From assembly GCA_964354795.1 (NCBI GenBank), contig CAYHBB010000040.1:12593-76592 (forward strand): 64,000 nt of DNA, read 5' to 3'. Of this stretch, positions 7,373-15,931 are shown in pieces. The notes under the pieces were generated by a model. That model had not been told where the DNA came from. It did not search any database and saw only the letters and a list, made by a program, of their open reading frames with translations. A program made the translations under genes and the position numbers. The DNA comes from an uncultured Planctomycetales bacterium. Lineage in GTDB: Bacteria > Omnitrophota > Gorgyraeia > Gygaellales > Profunditerraquicolaceae. Numbering within the stretch: the first letter of the stretch is position 1; every line of letters starts with the position of its first letter.

Positions 7373-9228
7373 TTTTCTAACTTTCTTAAATATACCATCA
7401 ACAACGAGATTGCCGCGGGAGTGACTCCTGAAATGCGCGAGGCCTGCCCTAAATTGATCGGCTTAAACTTCCCCAGTTTTTCCTTTATTTCCCGGGAAAG
7501 GCTTGATAGATTTTTATAATCCAGGTCCTCGGGCAGCCGGATCTTCTCCAGATTCTTTAACCTCTCCACATCCTTAAGCTGCCTCTGAATGAACCCTGAA
7601 TATTTTACCTCTATTTCAATATGACGCAAGGCTAAATCTGAGATTTCTAAACATCCTCGATCCACCTCTTTCAAATCAGGCGCGCTCACCTGCGGCCTCT
7701 TCAAAAGCTCTTCCAGCGTAGTGTCTTTAATAAGTGCCGCGGTATTAAGTTTTCCCAGCCGATTGTTGACTTGCATGCCCGGTTTTATCCGTGTGCTCTT
7801 TAAATAGCGCATTCCGACCTCTATTGATCTAGATTTCTCCTCTACCTGCCGGTATTTCTCTTCACTCAACAAACCAACGTCAAATCCGATTTTGCTCAGA
7901 CGCAAGTCCGCGTTATCTTCGCGAATGATCAGCCGGTACTCGACCCGAGAAGTAAACATACGGTACGGCTCATTGGTGCCCTTGGTAGTCAGATCATCGA
8001 TCAGCACGCCGATATAACTGCTGGAACGGTCTAGGACCAGCGGCTCTTTGCCTCTTACCCGTAAAACTGCATTGATCCCGGCGACTAATCCTTGCGCAGC
8101 CGCCTCTTCATAACCAGTTGTGCCGTTGATCTGCCCGGCTAAATACAGACCCTTAATCAGCTTAGTCTCCAGGGTTGGATTTAGCTGTGTGGGCTCAACC
8201 ACCGCATGCTCAATCCCGTAACCAAAACGGATAACCTTGGCATTCTCTAGCCCTTCGATAGAATGGATCAAATCCAGCTGCACATCTTCAGGTAGGCTTG
8301 TAGAGATGCCATTAGGATATATCTCGTCAGAATCCCTTCCCTGCGGTTCAAGGAATATCTGATGCCTATCTTTATCAGCGAATTTTACGACTTTATCCTC
8401 AATAGACGGGCAATAGCGCACACCTGTGGCCTTGATCAGGCCGGCGTAAAGCGGAGAGCGGTCCAGATTATCACGAATAATTTCATGGGTGCGCGGATTA
8501 GTATGGGTGATGTGACAGGGAACCTGCTCCTGGGACAGACGAGAGGTAAAAAACGAGAATGGCTTTGGCGGCTTATCCCCCTCCTGGATAATAAGCTTGG
8601 AGAAATCTATTGAGCTCTTATTTAAACGAGGGCAAGTGCCGGTTTTAAAACGTAAAAGGTTAAAATTTAATTCTTTAAGATTTTGAGCCAGACTTGCAGA
8701 AGCAGGCTCATTGATCCGGCCTCCGGGATGATGATTTAGGCCGATATGGATCAGGCCGTCCAGAAAGGTTCCGGCACAGATAATCACGCACTGAGCGGTA
8801 ATCCTCTCATTATCCTGCGTCAGGACCCCGCATGCCCGGCCGCCTTCTACTATCAATTCTTTTACCTGTGCTTCTTTCACGCTCAGGCCTTCGGTTTCTC
8901 CGGCAAGCCTTACCATGTAGCGATTATACTGATACATGTCTACCTGGGCCCGCGATGACTGCACTGCCGCGCCTTTAGAAGCATTAAGAATACGAAACTG
9001 TATGCCGCAGGCATCTGCGGCTAAACCCATTTCACCGCCCAAGGCATCTATTTCCTTGACCAGCTGGCCTTTACCTACGCCTCCGATAGCCGGATTACAG
9101 CTCATGGCGCCAATCGTGCTCTTATCAAGATTCAGCATCAGGGTCTTGCAACCCAGGCGCGCACCTGCCAATGCCGCTTCCACGCCGGCATGTCCGGCAC
9201 CGACCACTATAATATCGAAATCATTCAT
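7369..9228 (-). CDS. mnmG: tRNA uridine 5-carboxymethylaminomethyl modification enzyme MnmG (GidA)
   Basis: A full-length MnmG homolog. It has the N-terminal FAD dinucleotide motif DIIVVGAGHAG, as in MnmG N-termini, and conserved blocks along its whole length. The ORF track extends to a TTG at 9252, but the ATG at 9228 (MNDFDIIVVGAGHAG) matches MnmG N-termini. The extension would overlap the left IR of the RAYT element. Confidence 0.9.
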   Translation of the reverse strand: MNDFDIIVVGAGHAGVEAALAGARLGCKTLMLNLDKSTIGAMSCNPAIGGVGKGQLVKEIDALGGEMGLAADACGIQFRILNASKGAAVQSSRAQVDMYQYNRYMVRLAGETEGLSVKEAQVKELIVEGGRACGVLTQDNERITAQCVIICAGTFLDGLIHIGLNHHPGGRINEPASASLAQNLKELNFNLLRFKTGTCPRLNKSSIDFSKLIIQEGDKPPKPFSFFTSRLSQEQVPCHITHTNPRTHEIIRDNLDRSPLYAGLIKATGVRYCPSIEDKVVKFADKDRHQIFLEPQGRDSDEIYPNGISTSLPEDVQLDLIHSIEGLENAKVIRFGYGIEHAVVEPTQLNPTLETKLIKGLYLAGQINGTTGYEEAAAQGLVAGINAVLRVRGKEPLVLDRSSSYIGVLIDDLTTKGTNEPYRMFTSRVEYRLIIREDNADLRLSKIGFDVGLLSEEKYRQVEEKSRSIEVGMRYLKSTRIKPGMQVNNRLGKLNTAALIKDTTLEELLKRPQVSAPDLKEVDRGCLEISDLALRHIEIEVKYSGFIQRQLKDVERLKNLEKIRLPEDLDYKNLSSLSREIKEKLGKFKPINLGQASRISGVTPAAISLLMVYLRKLEK

Positions 9229-9235
9229 AATATAC

Positions 9236-9851
9236 CCAGGGACGGTTCTCAAAACAAAGCAAAAGTGTCCCTTTTTGTTATTTATTTATGTTAGAAATTG
9301 GCACCTTGTCCGTCTATTATATTAGGAGGTGGTGAATATGACTAGGATAGCCAGGATAGCTATGGACAATGCTGTGTATCATATTATCACAAGGGGCAAT
9401 CAGAAACAAACGGTTTTTAGAGAACAACGAGATTATACGGAGTATTTATCGCGGCTGGAATTCTATAAGAAGAAATACGCCTTCAAGCTATATTCATTTT
9501 GCCTGATGCCTAACCATGTACATTTAATTATCGAGGTAGATGTTAATTCGAAGTTAAACAAGATTATGCGAGGACTAAATCTTAGTTACACCTTATATTT
9601 TAATTTCAAATATAAGACCGTTGGGCATCTTTGGCAAGATCGTTTTAAGAGTAAAATTATCGAGAAAGATACATATCTCCTAGAATGTATTAATTATATT
9701 GAAGCAAATCCTCTGCGAGCAAACCTAACATCAAATATAGAAGAATATGTCTGGAGTAGTTATGCTTTTAAGAAAAAAGAGAATACTCTTTTAGACAACA
9801 TATTCTCTTTATAGGGGGACACTTTTCGATTGAGTTGAGAACCGTCCCTGG
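9236..9851. mobile_element. Compact RAYT element bounded by nested inverted repeats (REP-doublet-like)
   Basis: A perfect 17-bp inverted repeat occurs as ccagggacggttctcaa (9236-9252) and ttgagaaccgtccctgg (9835-9851). An inner 11-bp inverted repeat occurs as aaaagtgtccc (9261-9271) and gggacactttt (9816-9826). Together they bracket the RAYT gene exactly. The element fills the whole gap between mnmG and apgM. Confidence 0.65.
9329..9814 (+). CDS. REP-associated tyrosine transposase (RAYT) / IS200-like Y1 transposase
   Basis: 161 aa. It has the HUH motif (PNHVHLIIE) and a downstream catalytic Tyr region (YIEANPLRA) typical of the Y1_Tnp (IS200/RAYT) fold. It is the only plus-strand gene in the window and is flanked by nested inverted repeats. 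Confidence 0.8.
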   Translation: MVNMTRIARIAMDNAVYHIITRGNQKQTVFREQRDYTEYLSRLEFYKKKYAFKLYSFCLMPNHVHLIIEVDVNSKLNKIMRGLNLSYTLYFNFKYKTVGHLWQDRFKSKIIEKDTYLLECINYIEANPLRANLTSNIEEYVWSSYAFKKKENTLLDNIFSL

Positions 9852-11135
9852 CTATTCTTTTGCGAGTTTTACCAGGAGGGGCATGATATCTGTTCCGTTG
9901 ATCTGGCCGATGCTCCCAAGCTTTGCGGCTTTTTCTGAGAAGCTCATTGAGCCATCAGGCTTTATATTTCCCCCGCAGACCAGTAAAGGAACAGGATCTG
10001 CGGTGTGAGCCCTAGCTTTGCAGCTGGTAGAGTGATCTGCGGTCACCGCGATTATAGAATTCTCCAAATCAAGGCCCTGCAGCAAGGGCCCGAAGAAATG
10101 CTTGTCGATGGCTTCGATGACCTCGATCTTACGCTTACAATCTCCGTCATGCGAGGGGTCATCCGGGCCCTTGATATGGATATACAATCCATCAAAACTC
10201 TTGATACACTCAACTGCCAGCTTCCCCCATACCGGATAATCTACGTCAAAGTGACCCGTGGGCTGCGGCACATCAATGACTTCTATCCCGGTCAAAAGGG
10301 CAATCCCCTTCTCTACCGGCATCTGCACAAAGGAAGCGAATTTAAGGCCGAAGTTCTTTTCTACGGAAGGAAATTTCGGCAAGGAATCTCCGGCATCGCG
10401 CATCAATATAAGATTTCCCGCTAGCTTCCCCTCCAAGACCCTTTTCTTATTCAGCGAAGACTCATTTAAGACCTTGTTAGACTTTACAGTAAACTCATTT
10501 AACAGCTTTGCAGTCTCCCGAGCCTCGATAGATCCTTCATGGCCGGGCATGGGGATTGAATCTAAAACCAGATTCTCAAACTTCTCCCTTGCCACGCCAA
10601 AAAAACCTTGCCTGCCATAAGCCGGGTCAGTGTTAGTCACCAAACCGGACAATTTAGAGCGCACGCCGCGGATGATCAGTATCCCGCGATGGCCGATAGT
10701 GCTCTTAAACTCAAAAGTCCCGCTACTTAAGGTCACCTTTTGGTTGATCTCTTTGGCCAGCATCGCCGCGTCATCCGTAGCCAAGTCTCTGCCTACGCGC
10801 CGGTCAAGAATGGTGCGCCCGTCATCGCCAGCTGTAGCAAAGTTCACCCGCAAAGCCACATCCCCATCATTAGTAGGCACGCCTTCGGCAAAAGATTCAA
10901 GCGGCCCCCGGCCGGTATAAAACTTAGCCGCGTCATACCCTAAGAGGCTGATCACCGCGATGTCAGACTCAGGAGCGATGCCCTTTGCCACCGGATAAAC
11001 CACGCCGGTTATACCTTTCTGCGCAAGCCGGTCCATATTAGGCGTAACTGCCGCCTCAAGCGGAGTCTTGTTTTTAAGCTCTTTTAAAGGCAGGTCTCCC
11101 AAGCCGTCCAACACCACATATACTATTTTCTTCAT
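9852..11135 (-). CDS. apgM: 2,3-bisphosphoglycerate-independent phosphoglycerate mutase, archaeal type (ApgM family)
   Basis: 427 aa. The N-terminus MKKIVYVVLDGLGD...KTPLEAAVTPNMDRLA and the metalloenzyme core are collinear with ApgM-type iPGMs. Confidence 0.8.
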   Translation of the reverse strand: MKKIVYVVLDGLGDLPLKELKNKTPLEAAVTPNMDRLAQKGITGVVYPVAKGIAPESDIAVISLLGYDAAKFYTGRGPLESFAEGVPTNDGDVALRVNFATAGDDGRTILDRRVGRDLATDDAAMLAKEINQKVTLSSGTFEFKSTIGHRGILIIRGVRSKLSGLVTNTDPAYGRQGFFGVAREKFENLVLDSIPMPGHEGSIEARETAKLLNEFTVKSNKVLNESSLNKKRVLEGKLAGNLILMRDAGDSLPKFPSVEKNFGLKFASFVQMPVEKGIALLTGIEVIDVPQPTGHFDVDYPVWGKLAVECIKSFDGLYIHIKGPDDPSHDGDCKRKIEVIEAIDKHFFGPLLQGLDLENSIIAVTADHSTSCKARAHTADPVPLLVCGGNIKPDGSMSFSEKAAKLGSIGQINGTDIMPLLVKLAKE

Positions 11136-11161
11136 AAATTCTTAACAGCCTATTTAGCGTT

Positions 11162-11196
11162 TAGCCCGTTTGTCAAATTTTCTGACAAACGGGCTA
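11162..11196. repeat. perfect 14-bp-stem hairpin between nrdJ and apgM
   Basis: tagcccgtttgtca-aattttc-tgacaaacgggcta. No U-tract follows on either strand, so it is not a canonical intrinsic terminator. Confidence 0.6.
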
Positions 11197-11221
11197 ACCG
11201 GTTTACCTATATATTAGGGCT

Positions 11222-13510
11222 CTAACACTTTGAATAGCCGCAGGCCTGGCATTTAACACAGCCTTCTTCGTGGCGCAGGGCTCCTCCGCAATCAGGGCAC
11301 ATTCCCACTATATCGCCCAGGTCATTCAGATCCGCCACAGCCGACTCATCAAAGCTAGAATGTTTCATCGCTACCTGCGATATCTCAATAGTCGCGCTCA
11401 CCGGGCTGACGTTCACCAGGCGCTTCTCTACAACGCGCGCGATAGCATCGGCGCAGGAGAATATCCTCTGGCCCTTTTCCCAGCTGGGAGAGGGACAGCG
11501 GATATTGCGCAGCTGCTCGATTATAGACTTGACTTCGATCCCAGAGCGGAATCCCAATGAAACCAGGCGGCCTAAAGCCTCAAGCTGGCTGGCAGCGCAT
11601 CCGCCGGCCTTACCCATCTGGGTAAAAAGCTCAAAAGGCTTACCCTCTTCATCCACGTTGATAGTAATATAAAGATTTCCGCATCCTGTAGCCACTTTAG
11701 TTGTGGTTCCGATAGTTACTTCCGGGCGCGGCCGGGGCGCGATCTCTTTTTTTCCGCCCACAGTCACGGAATCTTTCTTGCACTCGGCGCGGCCGATATT
11801 CAGGACCTGCTCCTCGCGGCTCTTATCGCGATAAATTGTGATACCTTTGCACCCTAACTCAAAAGCCATAACATAAGCCTGACGGACACCTTCCAGAGTC
11901 GCCTCATGCGGAAAGTTGATGGTCTTTGAGGTGGCGTTATGCACGTATTTCTGAAACGCCGCTTGCATGCGCACGTGCCACTCGGGAGTTATATCGTGAG
12001 CGGTCACAAAGACTTTCTTCACATCCTCAGGTATCGCTTTTAAATCATGCAAAGGAGTGCCGTCAGCGATTTTCTCCATCAGCTCGCGGCTATAAAAGCC
12101 CCGCGCCTTGGCCACTTCCTCGAATAACGGCTCCACTTCCACCAACTTGTCATTATCCATGACGTTGCGGAAAAAAGACAGTGCAAACAAAGGTTCGATT
12201 CCCGATGAACACGGCCCGGCAATGATGCTGATAGTTCCGGTAGGAGCGATAGTGGTAAGAGTGGCGTTACGCAGCTTCAAGCCATCCTTTTTATCATAGA
12301 TGCTTCCTTTAAATGCCGGGAAAGTGCCCTTATCTTTGCCTAACTCTAAAGATTTCTTTACTGACTCATCAAGAATAAAAGACATCACCTTTTCCGCCAG
12401 AGCCACTGCCTCATCGCTATTATAGGGAATTCCTAAGCGGATCAGCAGGCTGGCCCAACCCATTACGCCTAAGCCCACCTTGCGCGTAGCCTTGGTGGCT
12501 TTCTCGATCTCAGCTAGAGGAAACTTATTTACGTCAATAAGATTATCCAGGAAGTGCACTGCCAGGCGGGTAACCTCGCGTAATCTATCCCAATCCACTT
12601 CATAACGCGTTCCTATCTGCTTATATAAAACCGTTAAGTTAATAGATCCCAGATCACAGCTTTCATAAGGAAGCAATGGCTGCTCACCGCAAGGATTTGT
12701 GCTTTCAATGGCTCCCAGCTTAGGAGTGGGATTATGCTGATTGATGCGGTCGATAAAGATTATTCCCGGCTCTCCGTTCTTATGCGCCTGCTTAACGATC
12801 AGGTCAAAGACATCACGGGGACTAAGGCGGCCCACCGGCTTATGGGTATGCGGGTCGATCAGGTCGTAATCTTCGCCTGCCGCAAGTTTTTGCATAAAAT
12901 CATCTGTCACCGCAACCGAAATATTGAAGTTAGTGATCTTCTTGGAATCATCTTTGCAGCAGATAAACTCCATAATATCCGGATGGTCCACCCGAAGGAT
13001 CCCCATATTCGCGCCGCGGCGGCTCCCGCCCTGCTTGACCGCTTCGGTGGCGGAGTCATACACCTTCATAAATGATATCGGGCCCGAGGCGACTCCTCCC
13101 GTAGATTTCACTACTGCATTCTTAGGTCGAAGACGAGAAAAAGAAAACCCTGTGCCACCGCCTGATTTGTGGATAAGGCTGGTGATCTTAAGGGTTTCAA
13201 AAATAGATTCCATGGAATCATGGATGGGCAGCGTGAAGCAGGCGCTTAGCTGTCCCAGGTCCTTGCCGGCATTCATCAGACAGGGTGAGTTCGGCAGGAA
13301 CTCAAGCTCAGTCAAAGTATTATAAAAAGACTGCGCTAGCTCACTGACCTCTTTGTCGGTTTTGCCGTAGAGCTTGTCCGCGCTGGCAATAGCATCCGCG
13401 ACACGGTGAAAAAGCTCCTCAGGAGCCTCTATCACCTTGCCCTGTTCATCCTTCAAAAGGTACCTTCTCTCCAGCACCTTCAGGGCGTTTGCGTTAAGTT
13501 TCAATCCCAT
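11222..13510 (-). CDS. nrdJ: class II (adenosylcobalamin-dependent) ribonucleotide reductase
   Basis: 762 aa. It has the N-terminal RNR motif LKVLERRYLLKDE, the catalytic-site block SNPCGEQ, and a C-terminal Cys cluster (CPDCGG...CVKCQACG). The length and collinearity fit monomeric class II RNRs. Confidence 0.9.
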   Translation of the reverse strand: MGLKLNANALKVLERRYLLKDEQGKVIEAPEELFHRVADAIASADKLYGKTDKEVSELAQSFYNTLTELEFLPNSPCLMNAGKDLGQLSACFTLPIHDSMESIFETLKITSLIHKSGGGTGFSFSRLRPKNAVVKSTGGVASGPISFMKVYDSATEAVKQGGSRRGANMGILRVDHPDIMEFICCKDDSKKITNFNISVAVTDDFMQKLAAGEDYDLIDPHTHKPVGRLSPRDVFDLIVKQAHKNGEPGIIFIDRINQHNPTPKLGAIESTNPCGEQPLLPYESCDLGSINLTVLYKQIGTRYEVDWDRLREVTRLAVHFLDNLIDVNKFPLAEIEKATKATRKVGLGVMGWASLLIRLGIPYNSDEAVALAEKVMSFILDESVKKSLELGKDKGTFPAFKGSIYDKKDGLKLRNATLTTIAPTGTISIIAGPCSSGIEPLFALSFFRNVMDNDKLVEVEPLFEEVAKARGFYSRELMEKIADGTPLHDLKAIPEDVKKVFVTAHDITPEWHVRMQAAFQKYVHNATSKTINFPHEATLEGVRQAYVMAFELGCKGITIYRDKSREEQVLNIGRAECKKDSVTVGGKKEIAPRPRPEVTIGTTTKVATGCGNLYITINVDEEGKPFELFTQMGKAGGCAASQLEALGRLVSLGFRSGIEVKSIIEQLRNIRCPSPSWEKGQRIFSCADAIARVVEKRLVNVSPVSATIEISQVAMKHSSFDESAVADLNDLGDIVGMCPDCGGALRHEEGCVKCQACGYSKC

Positions 13511-13605
13511 TTCCCCCTCCTAAAATAGTAAAAAGATTAAGACGAAAGTCCAAACATCAGCAAAAAATTATAACTTGGCAACATTTTATTGTCAAGACAA
13601 AAATA

Positions 13606-13651
13606 CAACAGGTTGTGTATCTTTTTGGTAAGCATACTACAAATTGTGTAG
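13606..13651. promoter_or_regulatory. candidate tandem NrdR boxes upstream of nrdJ
   Basis: There are two imperfect palindromes, acaacaggttgtgt (13606-13619) and ctacaaattgtgtag (13637-13651). Both end in TTGTGTA. The half-sites are spaced 31 bp apart, which is the three-helical-turn spacing typical of paired NrdR boxes. They lie 100-140 nt upstream of the nrdJ start. Confidence 0.35.
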
Positions 13652-13674
13652 GAACAGCTGTTTTATCGAGGAGC

Positions 13675-14697
13675 TTACAGCGCTTTACAGGACTCGCGGA
13701 TGACTAACTCAGCAGGCAAATATATTTTCTTAAACGCGCTCTTTTTCTTGGCGTTCATCAACTGGTTCAGCTCTTTCACTGATTCCTCAGCCATTTTTAT
13801 CAGCGGCTGCCTTACGGTAGTCAATGCCACCGGGCCATACAGGCCGGAAGGATTATCGTCAAAACCCACCACAGACAGGTCCTCGGGAATATTCTTCCCC
13901 GCCTCCCTTACCACGGCCATGACTTCAAGCGCCATGGCATCAGATGCCACAAAAACCGCGGTCGCGGCATCCGGCATCTTGATCAATTTCTCAGCTGCCT
14001 GTCTGGCTTGTCCACGAGAGTAGTCCGTCTTGAATACCAACTTTTCGTTATAGGGGATCTTGTTCTTGGCCAGCGCGCTCTTATAGCCCTCGAAACGCTG
14101 GGCAGCGGCCTGTGTGACTGTGTCTCCTGCGATATGCGCGATTTTTCTGTGCCCCAGCGACACCAGATAATTCACCGCGTTCTCAGCGCCTATGGCGTTA
14201 TCGATAGCGATACAGGGCACATCCAGATCCTCGATATAATTATTGATCACGACACAAGGGATCTTAGTTTGGAGAGCCTCTTCAAGCTGATGCCGGTTAC
14301 CGATGATATCGGCGAAGATTATCCCGCCTACGCCTTTAAGATTCAAGGGAGCCCTGGTGTCAGTCAGGTGCAGCAATAGATCCAGCTTCAGCGCATCACA
14401 AAGTGTGCCCACGCCGCGGATCAACTCCAAAACGTAGAAAGAATAAAACACTCCTTCGTAGCGTGGCACGACCAAAGCCACGACATTGCTTTTTCCGGTC
14501 GCCAGGCGCTGGGCGAAGATCGAAGGCTGGAATTTAAGCTCTTTAACAGCATCCATCACCCTCACGCGGTTTTTCTCCTTTACCGTGTTCATCTTGTTGA
14601 TCACGCGCGAGACAGTAGTAATGGATACGCCGGCGAGTTTTGCTACATCCTCGATGGAAATTGCTCTGTTTGCTGCGGGGTTTCTGGTGCGAGTCAT
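13675..14697 (-). CDS. LacI-family transcriptional regulator
   Basis: 340 aa. It has an N-terminal HTH (ISIEDVAKLAGVSITTVSRVIN) followed by a periplasmic-binding-protein-like sugar-binding core. It heads the carbohydrate locus. Confidence 0.9.
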   Translation of the reverse strand: MTRTRNPAANRAISIEDVAKLAGVSITTVSRVINKMNTVKEKNRVRVMDAVKELKFQPSIFAQRLATGKSNVVALVVPRYEGVFYSFYVLELIRGVGTLCDALKLDLLLHLTDTRAPLNLKGVGGIIFADIIGNRHQLEEALQTKIPCVVINNYIEDLDVPCIAIDNAIGAENAVNYLVSLGHRKIAHIAGDTVTQAAAQRFEGYKSALAKNKIPYNEKLVFKTDYSRGQARQAAEKLIKMPDAATAVFVASDAMALEVMAVVREAGKNIPEDLSVVGFDDNPSGLYGPVALTTVRQPLIKMAEESVKELNQLMNAKKKSAFKKIYLPAELVIRESCKAL

Positions 14698-14719
14698 ATA
14701 TATGAAGACAAGTGAAGCT

Positions 14720-15889
14720 TTATTTTATTAAATCGCCGATCTTGATGGGCACATCCTGCTTCTTGATATCGCAGGCAGACACGCTCTTCGATGTCCTGAT
14801 GACTTCCAAAGCCGCGATCTTATTGCCCTCGCGGTAGACCGAGAACGTGTCGCCGTTTTCTAAGCCGGCGTCATCGCCCATATCGATGATGACAAAATTA
14901 CCTTCCTTATTTATAGCCAACACTCTTCCTGCCTGGCGGTTAGATGCCACACCCATACCCTGCGGCCGCACCACTATCGCAGGCAACTCCACCGAACCGT
15001 TTCTTTTCTGCATCTGAACCTGCGCAGCCGAAGCGCGCGCCGGAGCCTCCGCCGACACTCCGCTTTCTAACCTATCTTTAAGCTCATTGACTTGGGAAAT
15101 ATTCTCGGAAAGCAGGCCTTCTACATCCTTGAACTTGCGCTCCATAGTGCCTTTGTCTTCCTGTATCTGGCGCATTTTTTGCTCCAATTCGATCTTGCGA
15201 GAATTCAGGCCTTCAACCTGGCGAAGAAGCGTGGTGTTCTCGTTCTTAACGATCTTCATGCTATCCTGGATCTTCATCTTGTCGTTCTTTTCCGTGACCA
15301 ACTCAGTCGAGATACGGTCCAGGATCTTCTTGTTGTAATCCATCTGGCGCTTGACGTCTTCGCTTTCACGCTTGAAGCTCTTTATCTGCAACTCTAAAGT
15401 GCTCTTTTCCCGCTGCAGCTGCTCATTAGTGATGGATATGGATTTCAATTCATTACGCACATTGGTAAGCTGCATCTCCAGGTCTAGTTTAGCCTGAAGG
15501 ATGCTTCCCCAATATGCCTCATCAGCCTGCAAAACAGGCCCAGATACCGGTGCCGTGGACCCTGTCCGTGCCGATGTCCGGCGTTCTTTAAATTTCTCTA
15601 CCAACTCTTCTTTAGCCTTATTGACAGCCTCATACCTATCCTGCAAATCTTCTTTTTCCTTCTTGACCATGATCAGGTCTTTATTTAAAGAGGTGATCTT
15701 GGTTTCATAGGAGCGCAGGCTGGTTTCAAAAGAGCCGACTTTATTTTCAAGAGAGATCTTCTCTTTTTGCAGGTCATCGCGCTCGCGAGTCAGATCCTGT
15801 TTGGCTTTTAAAGCTTGGGCAAGAAAAACTGCGCAAATAAGGATAATACCGACCAATCCGAATAATAAAAATCTCGCTTTTTGTTCCAT
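14720..15889 (-). CDS. membrane-anchored coiled-coil protein of unknown function
   Basis: 389 aa. It has an N-terminal TM helix, about 250 aa of heptad-rich coiled coil (many E, K, L and Q residues), and a C-terminal ~90-aa beta-rich domain (VVRPQGMGVASNRQAGRVLAINKEGNFVIIDMGDD...). I recognise no family. Confidence 0.35.
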   Translation of the reverse strand: MEQKARFLLFGLVGIILICAVFLAQALKAKQDLTRERDDLQKEKISLENKVGSFETSLRSYETKITSLNKDLIMVKKEKEDLQDRYEAVNKAKEELVEKFKERRTSARTGSTAPVSGPVLQADEAYWGSILQAKLDLEMQLTNVRNELKSISITNEQLQREKSTLELQIKSFKRESEDVKRQMDYNKKILDRISTELVTEKNDKMKIQDSMKIVKNENTTLLRQVEGLNSRKIELEQKMRQIQEDKGTMERKFKDVEGLLSENISQVNELKDRLESGVSAEAPARASAAQVQMQKRNGSVELPAIVVRPQGMGVASNRQAGRVLAINKEGNFVIIDMGDDAGLENGDTFSVYREGNKIAALEVIRTSKSVSACDIKKQDVPIKIGDLIK

Positions 15890-15931
15890 GGTCCTCCCTT
15901 CAAAGTAAACCTATAAATAATCCCCTAAAAA

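Noticed and set aside
9229-9252. TTG-initiated N-terminal extension of mnmG (MRTVPGYI...)
   Set aside because: The ATG at 9228 gives the canonical MnmG N-terminus (MNDFDIIVVGAGHAG). The extension would be encoded by the RAYT element's left inverted repeat.
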